From: Hydrolagus colliei
Lineage: Eukaryota
NCBI GenBank assembly: GCA_035084275.1
Contig: CM068742.1
Location: 78,244,001 to 78,308,000, forward strand
Direction: 5' to 3'
Length of the DNA: 64,000 nt
Shown: in pieces, positions 27,648 to 41,680 of the stretch
Position numbering within the stretch: the first letter of the stretch is position 1
How the letters are laid out: every line of letters begins with the position of its first letter
Notes under the pieces: model-generated
Databases searched by the model: none
What the model saw: the letters and a program-made list of their open reading frames with translations, nothing else
What the model was told of the DNA's origin: nothing
Position numbers and translations under genes: made by a program

Positions 27648-30600
27648 AATTTTACTCAGGAAAATTAAGCTTTGCTCAAGTAAGAAGAGGAGGGACATTT
27701 ATTTGTGCAACTATGCGGAAGTATGAACAGTTTTGTTATTTATAGTCATCTATTTGAATAATTTATTCCAGCGTGTGAACTGGTATAATTTGGCAGTTCG
27801 CAGTGCAAGTCATGAGGATTTGCTGCATTAGATCACAAACAAAATTTAACTGGAGCTGCACATTGCAGAGTCAAAATCAGACTGATTCACTCCAGACCTG
27901 ACCATGCTACAAACTAGAAAACTATTCATTCCTCTTTCCTGCCCCATCAGGACTTTTTATCTGGCTAACCAGGTGGCTGACACATGAGGAAATCCTTCAC
28001 CATGCTTAAGGGTATACCTGAGGCAATGCAAAGATGAGTAAGTGCCCTCACTTCTACTCTGAAAAGATGAGAGAGACAGCAAACTATTCTGCTAAACTTG
28101 TGGAAAGGGGTTGAGACGCCTCAGTTCCACCATCAGTTTTTTTTAGGGAAAGATAGAAAAATGTAACAGTTAATGACAGATTCTTTGGAAAGCTATCATA
28201 AATGTCACATTTTTCACCTGATTAAGCGCTCCTGGAAGCTACCCTATGTGAAGGGCGCTATATCAATGCAAGTTGTTATTTTTGTATTATGCCTTTATTT
28301 GTCATATTTAAACATGGATGGAATTTTCCTGTTTGATAGTTTCTTCTCCTCTCCCTCTCGTAGAGAGGTTTGACTCATGTTTACTTCTGCTCAGGGTAGA
28401 GTTCCATGGGCTCGCTCTGGTTCTACTAATGAGTATTTTTCCTTATTAAATTAGGTCCCTCACAATGATAGGGACATGGGGAAATGTGATGTATTACACT
28501 GGAAATCAGTCTACTGTGCTCCTTCAATGCCTAAAACTACCTCTGTCTAAAACTATATGTTTTCTCACTGTTCTATTTTAAATTCTATCCCTACAACACA
28601 TTGTGAATATAAAAACACATTGGGGCTGAATTATCAGTAAGTGACTGCTGAGCCAAATCAGTTCCACATTTAGCAGCCTTCCCTAGGATGCTAAATGCCT
28701 GAAGGATGTCAGGCGTGGATCTGAGTTATTGGAGCTTTATGAAGAGGCTGTGATATTAAAATGTATTTATATTTTAAAATATTTAGTTTCACTGTATGTC
28801 AGAGACAGAGGCACTTCACTTGGCTCAGCGATAAATTATTTACATATTTTGTTTGCAGAGCTGGTCCTACATCCACTTTCCAACTTTGTTGCTTTATTGC
28901 GCTTGGCAAATTTACAATTCAGCGTTTTGATGCTTCTTCCAAGAGTTGACAGCTAGAAGGGAGATGCTTGCAATGTTGGCTGGGCATGAAGGCGCTTCAG
29001 ATGACATTACATATTTAACTCCATTCAGGTTAAACCACACCAGTGAAAATGTTTTCATCTGCAATTGGCTCTGTCATTGTAGAGGTGATCCACATAATGC
29101 TGCAAATTTCCTACAGGGAGGGAGGGGAGGTGATTCCAAGATTACAAACTTGGCAATGGAATATCAGAAATGAGGTCGTGGGATCTTTAATGTACATGTG
29201 AATAGGCAGAATGTACCTTGGTATCTTATCTGATGGGTTGCACCCCTGACAATGTAACACATCCTTAGCATGGCATTGTGAGTTCAAAGTCCCGAAATGG
29301 GGTTTGAATCCACAGCCTTCTGACTCAAGAAGCAAGAGTGCTACCAACTGAGCCAGATTGAGATACACCTGGCTCATTGCCAGGTTCTTCATGTGGTTTG
29401 GGAGGTTTTGTTATAAAATTTCCTACCCTTAATGACTATTGCATGTTAGATTCTGCTTTATCCTCATGAATATAGTTATGGAAAAGGTGGGCAGTACAGT
29501 GCATAAGCATATTTTAATAAAATAATAATAATTAATAATAATATTATCATTATATATTGTAATAATCAAACAATTTGTAATCTAATATTCATTTGTAGGC
29601 ATTAAATCCACTACGTGAAATAATTCCCAAAGGTTCATTCAAACTTTTATGAAGACAATTACAAAACTGATGCTTCCAAAGTTTCTTGTACAGTACTCTG
29701 TAGTTTAGTGATATATCATGATGTTTCTGCCAAGTAATCTATAAAGTCTTTGTATATCTGAAATACTATATTATTTGCAGAGAAAAAACATCAGCATTAC
29801 ACAAGTTCACTTTAATCCTGTGGGATTATTAAAATTGGACTATTCTAGGTACATATTGTTAATCATTTTCGGGAATCTGAAAATATCTGAATCTGACCCA
29901 TAACATTTGGAACTGTTGGTGTCATTAATTCACTTACATCAAATGGGAAAATTCAACCTGACATTAACACACAGGATCCAATACACACACTGTACGCTAA
30001 CATTAGCTAATATAGACATTCACGTTCATTATGTTCTGCTCTTATGATGAGAGTTTTATATCAAGTATGCTATTTTTCAATTGCTGCTAAATTGCTGCTA
30101 ACTGGCACTTGGAAAACAGTTCCATAAAGTCATATGCAGCTCTATCTCACTTATAATGTTTCCCATTACAATCAAATAAAAATATAATGAAGCATACATG
30201 GGCTATTTTAATATATACAGTGGTGGAGCACTGCTCAATGGTGTGTTTTAAATATGGAATATATTCTACATGTGACATTTATATTTGTAACGTATTCAAT
30301 GTGGAATTAATTCCCCTACCTCTTTGAACTCCTAACACCCTGCCAACCTGCCCACTCCCTCCGTTCAGTGGGCTCCAGCCTGCTTCACATTCCCTGCCTT
30401 GTCTTCCCCACCATTGGCGAGTGGACCCTTAGCCATTTTGCCCCCACTATTCCTCTTGCTCGCCCCCTCCCTTGTCTCATTTAAGACCCATCTCAAAACC
30501 ATCCTGTTAATCATGCCTTCGGTCACCCTTTTTCCCCTCCTGCCCTACACCCTCACTGATCTCGACCCTCCTTCCCCCGCTCGGGTCTGAAACACTGATT

Positions 30601-32481
30601 GTCCTGCGCCTTCGGACGTCGTCTCTATTTAAAAGGAGCTACACAAATGTAATTTTGTTGTTGATGTTCACAGTGAAACAGAGCAGGCTCAGGCCTGGTC
30701 TTGTTGAGGTCTTCAAAATCCTGCAATTGTCATTATCGATATAATGATCATTGGCAACCTTTTTGATATGCCCTACAACTTGTTGGACTTCCTTTAGGAG
30801 TCCAGGAAGAATTTTCCAGAGTGATATTTTCCCCCCAAATTGACAGAGGAATGATTTGGTTCTCTGGTTTTTCACCACACAGGAGAGCGGTGGCGGAGCA
30901 AGGGAGAGGGGAACATTTGGGTGACTGACCACAGAAGAGATGAATTGCTAGGGTTGAGTGGAGTCAGAATGGACTAAATGGGTTTCTGTGCCTTTTCCTA
31001 TCTATGCCTTCTTATGTTTCTTTGTACCTTGCTTTCATAATTAAGAGTAAAGTGTGCACCTATATAAAACACCTATAATAATAATAATCCTTTGATTATT
31101 ATTTGATAGCATCAATAAACTTGATAAAGTTTATTGATAAGATGTGAAAAGCACTTGATAAAGTGCTTTTCACATCTTATCAATTATAATGTATTCCTTA
31201 TGATATGAACACCTAAATTTCCCCTCATAGTCTAATTATTCTGGCCTATTTACATTGTTTCCACAATACTGCAAAATATTTTCTCTGGAGGGAATGGGGG
31301 CATGAGGGACCTTTCACACAATTCTAATAAACATTAAGCTTTGTGCAGTAGAACCATTTGGAACAAGTATATTTCTCTAGCTTTACTGCGCCCATGATAA
31401 CCGTCCCAGTATGTCTGATCCTGACACAGAAGACGGGGAATCTAAATAATGCATGAGATTGCAGCAAGTAGACATTTGCCATTATTATTAGGTGACAAAT
31501 AGATACTAACCTTCTCTTTGAAGCAGTTAATGGCCACTGCCAGTCAAATAGGAAAAAAAACATCTTAGTAGAAAATTGTTTCTTTTAACAACGCCGATCA
31601 AATAATAAAAATAAATTAGTGCTCACAACCAGCTATGGGATGAATGTTCAGAGTATTTAATATAAGATGTTTGGAGCCTGAAATTGTGCCTTTAAATTGC
31701 TTGTGACTTCCCATGGCTTTTGTCACTTTGCATTACTCAGATTTTTCGGGTTCCCTTTTTTATAAAAACGCATGTTGAAAATACATGTACTGCAGAAACA
31801 ATATTATAGCTAAATAACTGTTTGTATTCATGCATCCTCTGCCTTGATAGACTCATTCTGAATGTCATGCATGGATTTTTAGAGGTTATAGTAAATGGGA
31901 TTCATACAAGCATGCTAAATGCGTCTCGATGGGCACCATTGTAGGGAGATTGCCTGTGTAATCCTGTCTCTACATTTAATACACTAATAAGCAGTTTGCA
32001 GGCACAGTGCATTACACATGATAACATATGTCACTACACACTTAAGTTGGTGAATTTGTTATCGTACGTTAATGTGTTAAAACACACCAAAAATTCCTCT
32101 TTCCCATTATTTGTATTCCATTGTATTAATATGGCCTGTATTTCAGTGTCATATGTCATGATTCCATAACAAAACACAGAAAAGTGTTCAGTTATAAATA
32201 TTAAACAGTTGTTTGTCACATTTTTCTCATGAATGTATGGAGTGCAGCAAATCTATTAATTCTTTTTTCCTTAACCTCCCCAATGTCAATACTCTAGGCT
32301 GTTCCCTTAAAAAAAATTGTAGATATATTTCTATAAATGCTCCCGTACAATAAAAATAGATGCAAAATTAAAAGTACAGTAGATGGAAGGGTAAAGTTTA
32401 TTGTTAAGTATCTGTTCTCTCAACATTATATTTTTCACATTGTTATTTTTTCATAACTTGCATTTGATATGAATAATAAAT

Positions 32482-32840
32482 GGAGTCCTGTAGCATATTG
32501 GTCAGAGCACTCACCTCACAAGCGAGAGAACCCGGATTTGATTCCCATGCAGGATGAAACCTTAGGCAAGTTTCCTTACTCCATATGCCTCTGTTTACCT
32601 AGCAGTAAGTAGGAATCTGGTTGTTAGTTGATCGGTAGATTGCTTTCTGGGAGTAATAATCCCTTAAAAATACTGATTTGGTCACTTAATCCATGATTGT
32701 TCGTGGGCTATGTGCAACCATAAAAGCCAAGCTTCACAGAAATATACAGTCAATTCACTTTACAGGAAATCCTGTGAAGTGCTTTGAGATACCTTGATGA
32801 CATGTCCTATATCAATGAAAGCATTATTATTATTTATTAT
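32482..32840 (+). mobile_element. Same SINE family (long variant)
   Basis: Head GGAGTCCTGTAGC, extra internal segment CTGTTTACCTAGCAGTAAGTAGG, and an (ATT)n tail. Confidence 0.8.
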
Positions 32841-35029
32841 AAGGAAAATTCTTAATCAAGGTATTAAATCTGTAAAATTCTGCGACAACTTTGATAGTGT
32901 AATGGCTAGCTTTTCAGATTCCTGACCAGGAATTCATTGGTTTGAATTGTAGTCAATCCTAAATGTGTTAGTCTCAGTTGGGGTTGTGTGAGGAGGTTAA
33001 ATTGACTTTGGTCTTCCTGGAGTCAGAGAGAGTAAAACCAGCCAGGTTTCCTGATTCCTCTACCTCGCTCTCTACTGGCAGTGGGTAGAATGAGATCTTG
33101 CTCTGCTTTGAAACTCTCTCGAGTTCACTGGCCTGCAAAGTCTTACTGCCGTGGCTTAACATGAATAGTGGCCACTTGTGCGGTGTATCAGAGAATTGTG
33201 TCCTAGAAAGAGGGGTGGGGGGTCATACCAGAAGCAGAAAGAGCAGAGAGAAGAAAATTGGAAACATTATTTGAAACATTGATTTACAAAAATACTCTGA
33301 CAATTGCTCTGACAATATACAGTATAAAAGTTTTAATGAAGAAAAACAAGATTTTTACCCTACCTAGCCTACCTTCAATCCTACTCTTTTCAACCTGAGT
33401 GATGCCCTGCACATTTGTCCTTCATCAAGGTTTCTCAGTTCAAAGGAAGCAGCACATCTTGCCACGGCTGATTTAACAGTAACATGAGGACCTGCTCCCA
33501 ATGCAAGCTTTAATTATGTGATCCCTTAAGCATTAAATATGAACCTGAATATATTGGCTGATTCTCATTCTCTCACACTAGCTATGTTTCTAAATCTTAT
33601 GCCCAGAACCTAGGTCAGATTATTACCTTGCATCTTGCAGATTTGAGTCATCTGACTCTGAGTTTGAGTCAAACCACGATCAGTCTGTCGCCAGACAACA
33701 ATACCAACAACTTTGATTTATATAGCGCCCTCCACGCTGGACGGCGTCTCAGACAAACCTGTGAACCAAAAGACCAAAGTGTGACCTGGATTCATGATGT
33801 TGGCAATGAGACTAGTGGAAGGGTCTCCCTCCAGCACTTTGCAGAAATTCATATTTGATGTGTAAGAAATCTCTCAAGTTAGAACATAAATTAGACCACT
33901 AGCCTGGTTCAATTGCCTCTGAGTCGGGAAGTTATAAGTTTAAGCCATACATTGGGATGTTTAACTCACAGTCTAGGCTGACACTCCAATGCTGTGCTGG
34001 GGCTTTGCTGCACTGTTTGGTTAATAAGTTATTTGGATGAGATGTTAAGCTAAGATCCCCTCTGCCTATTTATTGCAATATTCAAAGCGAAGGGAGTTTC
34101 TCCCAGTGTTCTGTCCAACAATCCCCAGAATAAAATGATTCATTAACATAATGTCTGTTTGTTACAATTTAACACATATGTGTTAAATGAGATAGAAAAA
34201 CTAAAGTGAAGTGCTAATATGTGTTCAATCCACTTAAAATATATAGTGTGTCTGCTACGATTCTTTGGATATGAACATTGTTTTTCTATGCAATAATTTC
34301 TGAGTGTCTGTTCAATGTAACACACACCATCCACTAACTTTCCAGGTAATCAACTGCAGATTGTTTTATGATAGTATTATTAATGCTTCACCATGAATTT
34401 CATCACACATCAGTGAACGTAAATTCCCACTTTCTTATCATTGGCACTAATCACCACAGACGGATGAAAAACAGCTGAAAAACAAAATGGACTAAAACAA
34501 TGCACTTGAAATGAACAATGCAAGATACACAATAAAAACTTAAAGGAATAGATATGGAGCTTCTGTCTACCTTTAATTGCATTATCCGAAACACTCTCAA
34601 TTACATTACCGCTTTGAATCCAGCAACTGGATAATAATTAGGTAATAATTTGGAGAAGACAAGTCTGCAGGGCTATGGGAGAGAGCAGGATTGATTTGAA
34701 TTGCTTTTTCAAAGAGGTAGCACAGACAGAATAGGCCGAATGGCCTAATTCTGTGCCATATAACTCCAGGATTCTATGAACTACACCCACACCTTTTGGA
34801 TCTTCCTCACCTGTCTATCTGTCCTCAAATCCCATTTAAAGAGCTACCTCTTAAACGACATCTGCAGTCAACTCTGTTTCCTCTTATTCCCTTGCTCGCC
34901 ATTCGACACCCTCACTGTAAACATTCCGAACCGTCATCCTATGTGAAGGGATTATATAAATGCCAGTTATTGTTCTATCCATTCCTAACCATTATTTCTA
35001 CTACAGATAACCAATCCAACAACAATACA

Positions 35030-35860
35030 TTAGTAGAGTGCCTTTCACGTCGGGAGGACATCCCACAGAGCTGAACAGTCAGGAGGTCAGGACACGAGCG
35101 TGGGGAGTGTGGGGACAGGGTAGGATGAGAGAGGGCAGAGGGGAAGGAGGGCGGCTGAAGGTACGGTCAAAAAGGAGGTTTTTGAAGCAGGCCTTCAAGG
35201 AATCAAGCGAGGCAGCACAGCAAAGGCATTGTGGGATGAAGAGTGGGATCAGAGAGGCTGAAAGCGCGGCTGCAAATAGTAGGACAGTTTGTGTAGGAGA
35301 CAAGGAGCCTGCTTAATAGAGCAGCCAACAAGGAATACTATGCATAGTCAAGTCTTGAAGTAACAAATGCATGTATGAGGGTTTCGGCAGCCTGAGCAGT
35401 GTGGCAGTGGCAGAGTCAGGCAATGCTGTGGAGGTGATGGAAAGCAGTGTTGGTCGTGACATGGATATGGGGCAGAAAGGACAGTTGAGGGTCGAATAAG
35501 ACCCCCATGTTTCTGACTGGCTTGGTAATGTGGAGTGTGCTCTACATCTATGGATGCTGACACTGTCAATGCCTGATGTGTGGAGGCGCTGGCGCGAGCC
35601 AATCCAGCAAACCTCGGTCTTCAGCTGTAGAAAGTTGTCTCTCATCCAGGATGATGTCTATCAGGCAGTTTGTCAGGACCCAGTTGTCCTGGAATTGACA
35701 GTGGAGGCAGAGAGATAGAGATGGGGAGCATCTGCATACATGGGAAAATTTATCCCATGTCTGAGGATGATGACACCAAGCATGGAGAGGTTGAAGAGGA
35801 GGGGACCAAAGACAGAGATCTGAGGAACACCACATGAGACGGTGGGGAGGCTGGAAGATT
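35030..35860 (-). mobile_element. L2 LINE fragment
   Basis: An NFLQLKTE remnant and the shared tail GGGATGTCCTCCCGACGTGAAAGGC. Confidence 0.75.
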
Positions 35861-35955
35861 AACCGTTAACTTACATCTAGGTATCTGCTAACCTCTATGT
35901 ATATGATCATATACATTTATATTAAATGCAAATGATCGTCACAGAATTTAACAGT

Positions 35956-36264
35956 CAGTGGCCAATTAACAGTGGGCCCAATGGTGCCAGGCTCTTGCTC
36001 AAAAGGGGCCCATTCATTCATTAATTCACAGTTTATATGGGAAATCAGGAAACATACTGAGCACCCTGTGATTGACTGTCAAGCAACCTCCGATTGGTAG
36101 CTGAACCCTCCCCACAAATTGGCGCTTGTTTTTACATCACAATCCCAAGTCCTTTCAGGGACCCAGTCCACCAGTGGGCCGATTAGTTATGGATAGAGTA
36201 GATGAAAATAGGGGCCTACAAATCATGTTGATGCCAGGGCCATAAAATGTTAAAGCAGCCAATG
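35956..36264. mobile_element. Old hAT-type MITE
   Basis: An 8-bp direct repeat TTAACAGT (35948-35955 and 36265-36272) flanks the ends CAGTGGC...GCCAATG (one mismatch). GGGCC motifs occur subterminally. Confidence 0.6.
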
Positions 36265-38219
36265 TTAACAGTGATACCCTGTTATGTTTCATGGCATACA
36301 TTTCACTAAGATTATCTTCTCTGTTAGAACATCAGCTTGATAACATAACTACAGTTCTATAATTGATTTTCGGTGTCTATTATCCTCTATGTAATTGAGG
36401 TCAGATGGTTATGAACCAATTTTTATGATGATTAAAATTCACCTTTATTTTACATTCTATAAGTTTGACTCACCAATGTCAGATAATTTCCTGGTTAAAA
36501 GATAAAAAATCGTGCCATATAATTTTAATTTGCATTTTGCTCCAGTGTACAAGGAATCACATTGGCCTCTGACACTGCCTCTTTTTGGAAAGATTGCTTC
36601 TAGTTTCATTCAAGCCAGGATCGAAGATTCCCTTTCCTTTGCTTCCAGGGGTCTGAGATGCCATCTGGCATGGAGGGCGCTATATAAATCCAAGTTATTG
36701 TTGTTGTTGGCTGAGCTGAATGACCCTGAATCACAAGTGTTGACAACTTTCTAATATTGAACAATGGCTGACAAAATATCCAGTCAATTTATTTCACAAT
36801 ATATTCTGTGAAACGCTTTGAGACATCTCAAAGATGTGATAAGGCGCTATATCACCAGCAAGGATTTTTTTTTATATTGTTATTAATTGAACCTTTTGAG
36901 GGAAGGAGGATAGTGGTCATTGGAATCAAGGTAAATTGGTCTTTCTCTGACATTCACATGTCTTTCCAATCAGAGTCACCTGTTGGAATCCTGGGTGATT
37001 TTTGTCTTGGTAAATTAGTTATTGTAATAATAACATTAACAATAGTGATAACTCAATAACAACATTAATAATAATAAAAACAGCAATAATAATAACAATC
37101 ATTCTTGCATTTGATTCAGAGCATCTGACTTCAGAAGGACGTCTCAAAGCACTTAACAGGATTTGCTATAACTTATAGTGACAACATTCTGTAGACAACA
37201 ACAACAAAAACTTGCATTTATATAGCCTCCTCCAAGCCAGACAGAGCATTGTTAGGGTTAAGGATGCTCTGTAGACAAGTTTGACAGTGAATTTGGGCAC
37301 AGTGAAGCCAATTGTTGCATGTCCTCTCCTCCCTGTACACCTGAAGGAAATCAAATAATTTAGCAAATACCACAGATCAAACCTGGCACCTTTCTACTTT
37401 TAATGACTCATTCTCCTGCCATTCAGCACATTAGTCTTTGAGCCATGAACGATTGGTGGAATGCGTTAGAGCATTCAGTATGAGTTTAAGGTCTTCATTT
37501 ATATATACTGGTGATGATTTCTACTTTTGGTCTATCGTATTCAGTAAATGTACAAAACAGCAAGTAGTGTTCTTTCCACTCAGTAAGAGATATATTATAC
37601 CTCGCAGAATGGAGCTTTCTTTCAGTAAGATGTTTACAGGAGTACATATAGGACACATACAGCTTGATAACTGTTGGAAACCATTTGAATCTATTTTTAA
37701 GAAATCAATTTGTACTTCCACTCACACAGCAAATTTAAAGTACTAGCTTTTTTTCTGTGCTAAAGAACAGTATTAAGCAAGACAATGAACATCAGATGGA
37801 AAGATTTAATCAATGTCACATCTCTACCAGGAAGTGCACACAGCAGTGTATATACCAAACACTGATCTCTGATGCTGGGAAATGGATTGAGCATATTAAT
37901 AGTTTCCTGAACAGTGTCTTGGTTGTATTAAATAAGTGTCTCGGGCCAATAAAAACTACTTCGTATTCATCTGATCTGCCACTCAATACATTTATTGGTA
38001 TTAGATGCCAGTATATGGAACGGGCATATTCATAATGCCCTTGAGAAGCGTTCCTGGCTTCAGTAAGTAAATGTCTATTCATATTGGTTGTATTACTGTA
38101 TTTGGGGAACATTAATGTATAGATTCCACAGAAGTACAAAATAGCAGAATCATCATATCTATCACTATCTGATTAGGAAAAAGCCTTTCAAGAGAGGAGT
38201 ATTGATTCGTGGAGTCAAC

Positions 38220-38590
38220 ATAAAGAATTAGCTGGTACAGTAATGAAATTCTGCTTTCAAATTTAAGAATGATTCTGGTAGAGTAAGTAAAAATAGACTA
38301 TTTCCCTTAATGGGCCAGTCAGGAACCAGAGGGTGTAAGATGAGAATTATCCCTGGAAGGAAAGAGGGAGTGATTAGAAAAAATGGTTTTACACAGCAGG
38401 AGTGGTTGGACATGAGACACTCTACCACAAATGACTGCTGAATCCAAATCCATTACAATATTTGAAAATGGGTTTGGAAAAATGTTTGCAGGAAAATAAT
38501 ATTAAATGGGTTACAGTGGATAGCTCCACTGGGGCAGCTCATCACAAGCACAAACTTGATGGGTCAACTGGCGTGCTATGTTCTAAATAT
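38220..38590 (+). mobile_element. Old CR1 3' fragment
   Basis: Degenerate TRG..R / FTQ.V coding remnant and a CR1-like 3' UTR. Confidence 0.55.
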
Positions 38591-39644
38591 CTTTAAACAA
38601 AGTGATGCCTGTTTATTGGTAAGCAAGATCTGAGAAAGATCCTAACATATTGAGCACTGCTCAATGAAGGTCCAGTCATTGATCTAATTTAAGTAGCAGG
38701 GGCTGGATGAGAGAGATTAAAGGGCTGGATGAGAGAGATTAAAGATAAGATTTGCTGAACATTTAGTAGAGATTTGTAGTTCAGAACAATAGCCGAAAAG
38801 GGGACAATTAATCTTGCAGCTAACATGAGTTTGCACTTGTTTGTTTGGTTAGCCAAACCAATGTCTGACAGAAGTAACCATCATTATGCTTATGAGTATC
38901 TAAACAAGACTGAGAGTTTTATATATGAATCACAATGTAAATTTACACATATGTAAATTTCTGTGTTTAGAGTTGAATGCACACACTTGCCCTGGTAGGG
39001 CACATCCTAATTCCAGAGAGCCAATGCTTCTGGGCTCCAGACTGTGTGTTGGGTATTGCTGGAGTTTAAATAGTAAACAGTTTTCCAATGAGAGCACTGA
39101 CTTGCCATACATCCATTGCTTGTCCAACTAAGTCTACAATTAGGGATTTTGATTGCTGGGTTAATCAGAGCTAAGCAGGAAGAATCCCTGCCTCAAGAAT
39201 TGGTCTGCGTCTCTACATTTTGCCCATAAACCAGGTAGGCTGGTCTGTCAACAGCACTGTCTTTCAATACTTCCGCCTGTCTCAGACCACTGACCCAAAT
39301 AATTCAGACTCCATTGGTAAGATTTCCAGCTAACACAATGTTGTACTTTTGTTTTGGTCATCCAGGTGTCTGAAATTAATCTGCTCAGAGAGAGGATACC
39401 AATGGAGTTTGGAGAGGACTAAGGTGATAACCCCAGTGAGGATCTTCATCCGACTCCCTTCAAATTCTGCCTACAATCTCAATCTTTAACTCATTCAACT
39501 GTCACCTTTCCTTCCCCCCAACCTCCCCTTCCTCCCTTGCTCAGTGTCTTGCTCCATCATTGTGAAGCATGCTGTAATGTTATCCTATTTGAAACTGTAT
39601 AGAAATGCAAGTTGTTGGAGTATTCCTAAACTGCTAAGCGTAAC

Positions 39645-40200
39645 AACAACAACAATGTTACAGTTGTAGAGTGCATATCCTGTCAGGAGGATACCCTGAG
39701 GCACTGAACAGTCAGTGAAAAGGACCATGGGGAGATGCAGGTTTAGGATGAGAGAGAGCATAGTGGTGAGGGTGGGGGGCTGAAGGCAAGGTTGAAAAGG
39801 ATTGTCTTGAGATGGGCCTTGAAGGAGGCAAGGAAGGGAGTGATGCAAAGTGATTGTGGAGTGAAGTTCCGGGTTGGGTGGGAGACATGGAGCAGGCCGG
39901 AGCCTGCTGAATGGAGGTGAGTGAACAGGTTGAAAGTGGGTCAGCAGACCAGAGAGGTAGGAGGAGGCAAAGCCTTGAAAGTGTGGATGAGGATCTTGAA
40001 TTCTATCCTCTGTTGAATGGGGAGCCAGTGGAGTCGGGTGAGGGTGGAGGTGATGGGCTGACGGCGACTGGTGCATGAGAGGACACGAGCTGCAGAGTTT
40101 TGTATGATCTGTAGCTTGTGAAGAGTAGAGTTTGGGAGGACGACAAGCAGGGAGTTTCGATAATCAAGCCTTGATGTGAGAAATGCATGTGTGAAGGCAG
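39645..40200 (-). mobile_element. L2 LINE 3' fragment
   Basis: Similar to the 47.4-48.4 kb element (AATTCAAGATCCTCATCC..TTTCAAGGC), with a (GTT)n tail. Confidence 0.7.
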
Positions 40201-41155
40201 AGAGATAGAGTTATATGGAAGGATTTTAGACTTCCACTCCAAGCCTGAGCCACAGTCAGTTTACTGTTGCAATTACCTTCAATTACCTTCAAAGAAAGCA
40301 ACCACAGAAGCTGGGAGCTAAACTCCTTTTCCTCCACCCTTCCCGATCCCAATCCTAGCTAGGGTCTGAAACACTGACTGTTCAGAGCCTTGGGATGTCC
40401 TCCCGCCGTGAAAGTACAAATGTAATTTTGTTGTTGTTCATCAAACACCCAGAAGATAAAAGTAAAGCTCTGCAGGGAAACCTTAAAAAAAACTATGTCC
40501 AATAGCAGATGCTGCAGCCTGTCCACAGGGATTGGCATAGATTCACACCTTAGAAAGTAAAAATATGCCAATGGAAAATAAAGTGAAAGGTCCATGTGAA
40601 ATTCAAGACAAGTCTTCTGAAAGAGGTAAAACAAACCACAAACTGAATTAAACTAGCTTGAGGGAATAGATCCTTCGATTGATCCCTGGTTAAGACAAAT
40701 CAGGCTATTAGCTGGAAACATCAGAACAGAGGGAAATAAAGATGAAAAGGATGATGGGAATGAAACTCAAAGGAGTGTTCTAGCATTTGGATATCTGAAC
40801 CGAAGCCAGAAAGGAAATATAAGTCAAATGATGAAAACAATGAAACAAGGAAGCAGAACTTAAGCAACAAGTCAATTAACACAAACAGAATTCATAAAGT
40901 TGTCAAGGTTTGAATATTAGTCAACCATCTCTTGCTGAATCCATTTGGTGAATCTTAATACTGTGTATGGAATGTACCAATAAATGCAGCAGCTAATGAT
41001 ATTTTAAATTAATAGAAATGACAACAAAGGAGATTATTTGTCCCAAGAAGCTAAAGCAAGTTAGGAGCAACTAAGGAATCAAATTGTATGACAAGGGTTC
41101 AATGAGCTATGCAATGCTGATCAATGACACTTGAAATTCAGAACAGACACAAATA

Positions 41156-41495
41156 AAGTAAAAGCCTGCTTTATCCGGCACCCGGGGGTTAATTGAATAT
41201 GCCGGATTGCTGAAAACCCAACACAAAAAAATTCACTTATTTTAAAACATACCATGTTAAAAATAGACTGAATAGTCACAGAATAATGTATGGATAGTTA
41301 GCAATAAAGCATTCTAGCACACTCAGTAAAATGATCAGTAAAAAAGCATTCCAGCATTCATAAGTTTAATAAGTGCCATATGCACGCATTGCACGCATGT
41401 GCAAAGTGAGCATTCTTGCGATTGTTTGAATGGTGAATCGTATCGGGGGTTGAGCATTCCGGTTGGTTGGGTGCCGGATAAACAGGCTTTTACTG
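41156..41495. mobile_element. Tc1/mariner (pogo/Tigger-like) MITE
   Basis: TIR (C/A)AGTAAAAGCCTG(C)TTTATCCGGCACCC at both ends, flanked by TA dinucleotides (41154-41155 and 41496-41497). Confidence 0.85.
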
Positions 41496-41680
41496 TAATT
41501 AACTTTCTACCAAGGTATTGCTGCTTCTATCCCCGAGGTTTCATCTGATGAAGGATTGACCTGCTGACACACAAGTTAGTTTTCTGAACTGAACAATGAT
41601 CTAAGGCCCCAAGAGTGCTGAATTGACTGCCTTCACATTCCTTCTCCCAGATCTTATTCTTATTGAGTAACATTATTATT

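Noticed and set aside
38700-38743. 22-bp exact tandem duplication GGGCTGGATGAGAGAGATTAAA x2
   Set aside because: An ordinary local duplication with no sign of function.
41540-41585. Second hammerhead-like motif (CTGATGAAGG...)
   Set aside because: The GAAA core and stem II are not preserved; at most a decayed remnant.
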